A DNA stretch of 64,000 bases from an uncultured bacterium (GTDB lineage: Bacteria > Zixibacteria > MSB-5A5 > CAIYYT01), in the NCBI GenBank assembly GCA_963726455.1, contig CAVSCK010000004.1, positions 1,630,857 to 1,694,856 on the forward strand. The letters are read 5' to 3'. Position numbers and translations under genes: made by a program. Positions 63,696-64,000 of the stretch are shown here, piece by piece. The notes under the pieces were generated by a model that worked only from the letters and a program-made list of their open reading frames with translations, ran no database searches and was not told the DNA's origin. Each line of letters opens with the position of its first letter. Within the stretch, counting starts at the first letter, position 1.

Positions 63696-64000
63696 TTTGT
63701 TCTCCTATTTTTATCAGAGTTTACCCGTGGATTTAAGTGCGCGCAAAGGTAAGTCTCGGCCGGCTCCACGTACCGACTGATCATTATTTAGACTTACGGA
63801 GAGAACTGTCGCGAATCCGTCGACCAAAAGGATGAATACGGAAATACGCCACCAGAACGAACCTGGAATGCTCCTGAGGACTGGTACCGCCTCTCAAGAA
63901 GAAAGGTGCCTGCGAGAACTGTCTGGCGAGTATTGCCGGCATCGCAGTCGTCTACAATGGTATGCAGGCGACTGCGTCTTCCCAATGACTTACTCCCTCT

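Overview
64-kb chromosomal segment of a Gram-negative bacterium with moderately high GC. Genes use AGGAGG-type Shine-Dalgarno sites and GTG/TTG starts. A T9SS (Por) C-terminal sorting domain is present, which suggests a non-Bacteroidia FCB-group-like lineage (Zixibacteria, Gemmatimonadota, Ignavibacteria or similar); this is inference only.

Content is mostly housekeeping and accessory metabolism:
- A Bat-like TPR/DUF4175/DUF4159 envelope module.
- An ArsR-CadA metal efflux pair.
- A possible pterin (BH4-like) cluster: FolE2, PTPS/QueD, SDR.
- Reverse transsulfuration (CBS plus cystathionine gamma-lyase) and PdxST.
- Cytochrome bd (CydAB).
- Two M16 peptidases.
- Two glutamate dehydrogenases, followed by an unusual pair of PEP-utilizing-enzyme-like (PPDK_N ATP-grasp) proteins, one of which carries a C-terminal minimal nucleotidyltransferase.
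- A redox/NO-type sensing locus: ferredoxin-O-methyltransferase fusion, Crp/Fnr, NapH-like protein, DUF438 hemerythrin-PAS protein, DUF1858 protein.
- tRNA-Gln(CUG).
- A GT4/(alpha/alpha)6 plus GH130 glycoside locus.
- An NRAMP transporter, a LuxR-GAF-PAS regulator and outer-membrane barrel proteins.
- A 5.5-kb gene for a T9SS-sorted surface protein built from about 23 tandem 74-aa repeats.

The segment carries many single-nucleotide frameshifts, often in short homopolymers. Affected genes are the DUF4175 protein, an SDR, the CBS (three shifts), the repeat protein (at least five), a metallophosphoesterase, the GT4 protein (two), the GH130 protein, a secreted protein (at least three) and a WXXGXW-repeat protein. 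These are either assembly or sequencing indels or real gene decay. No CRISPR array, transposase or integrase was seen.
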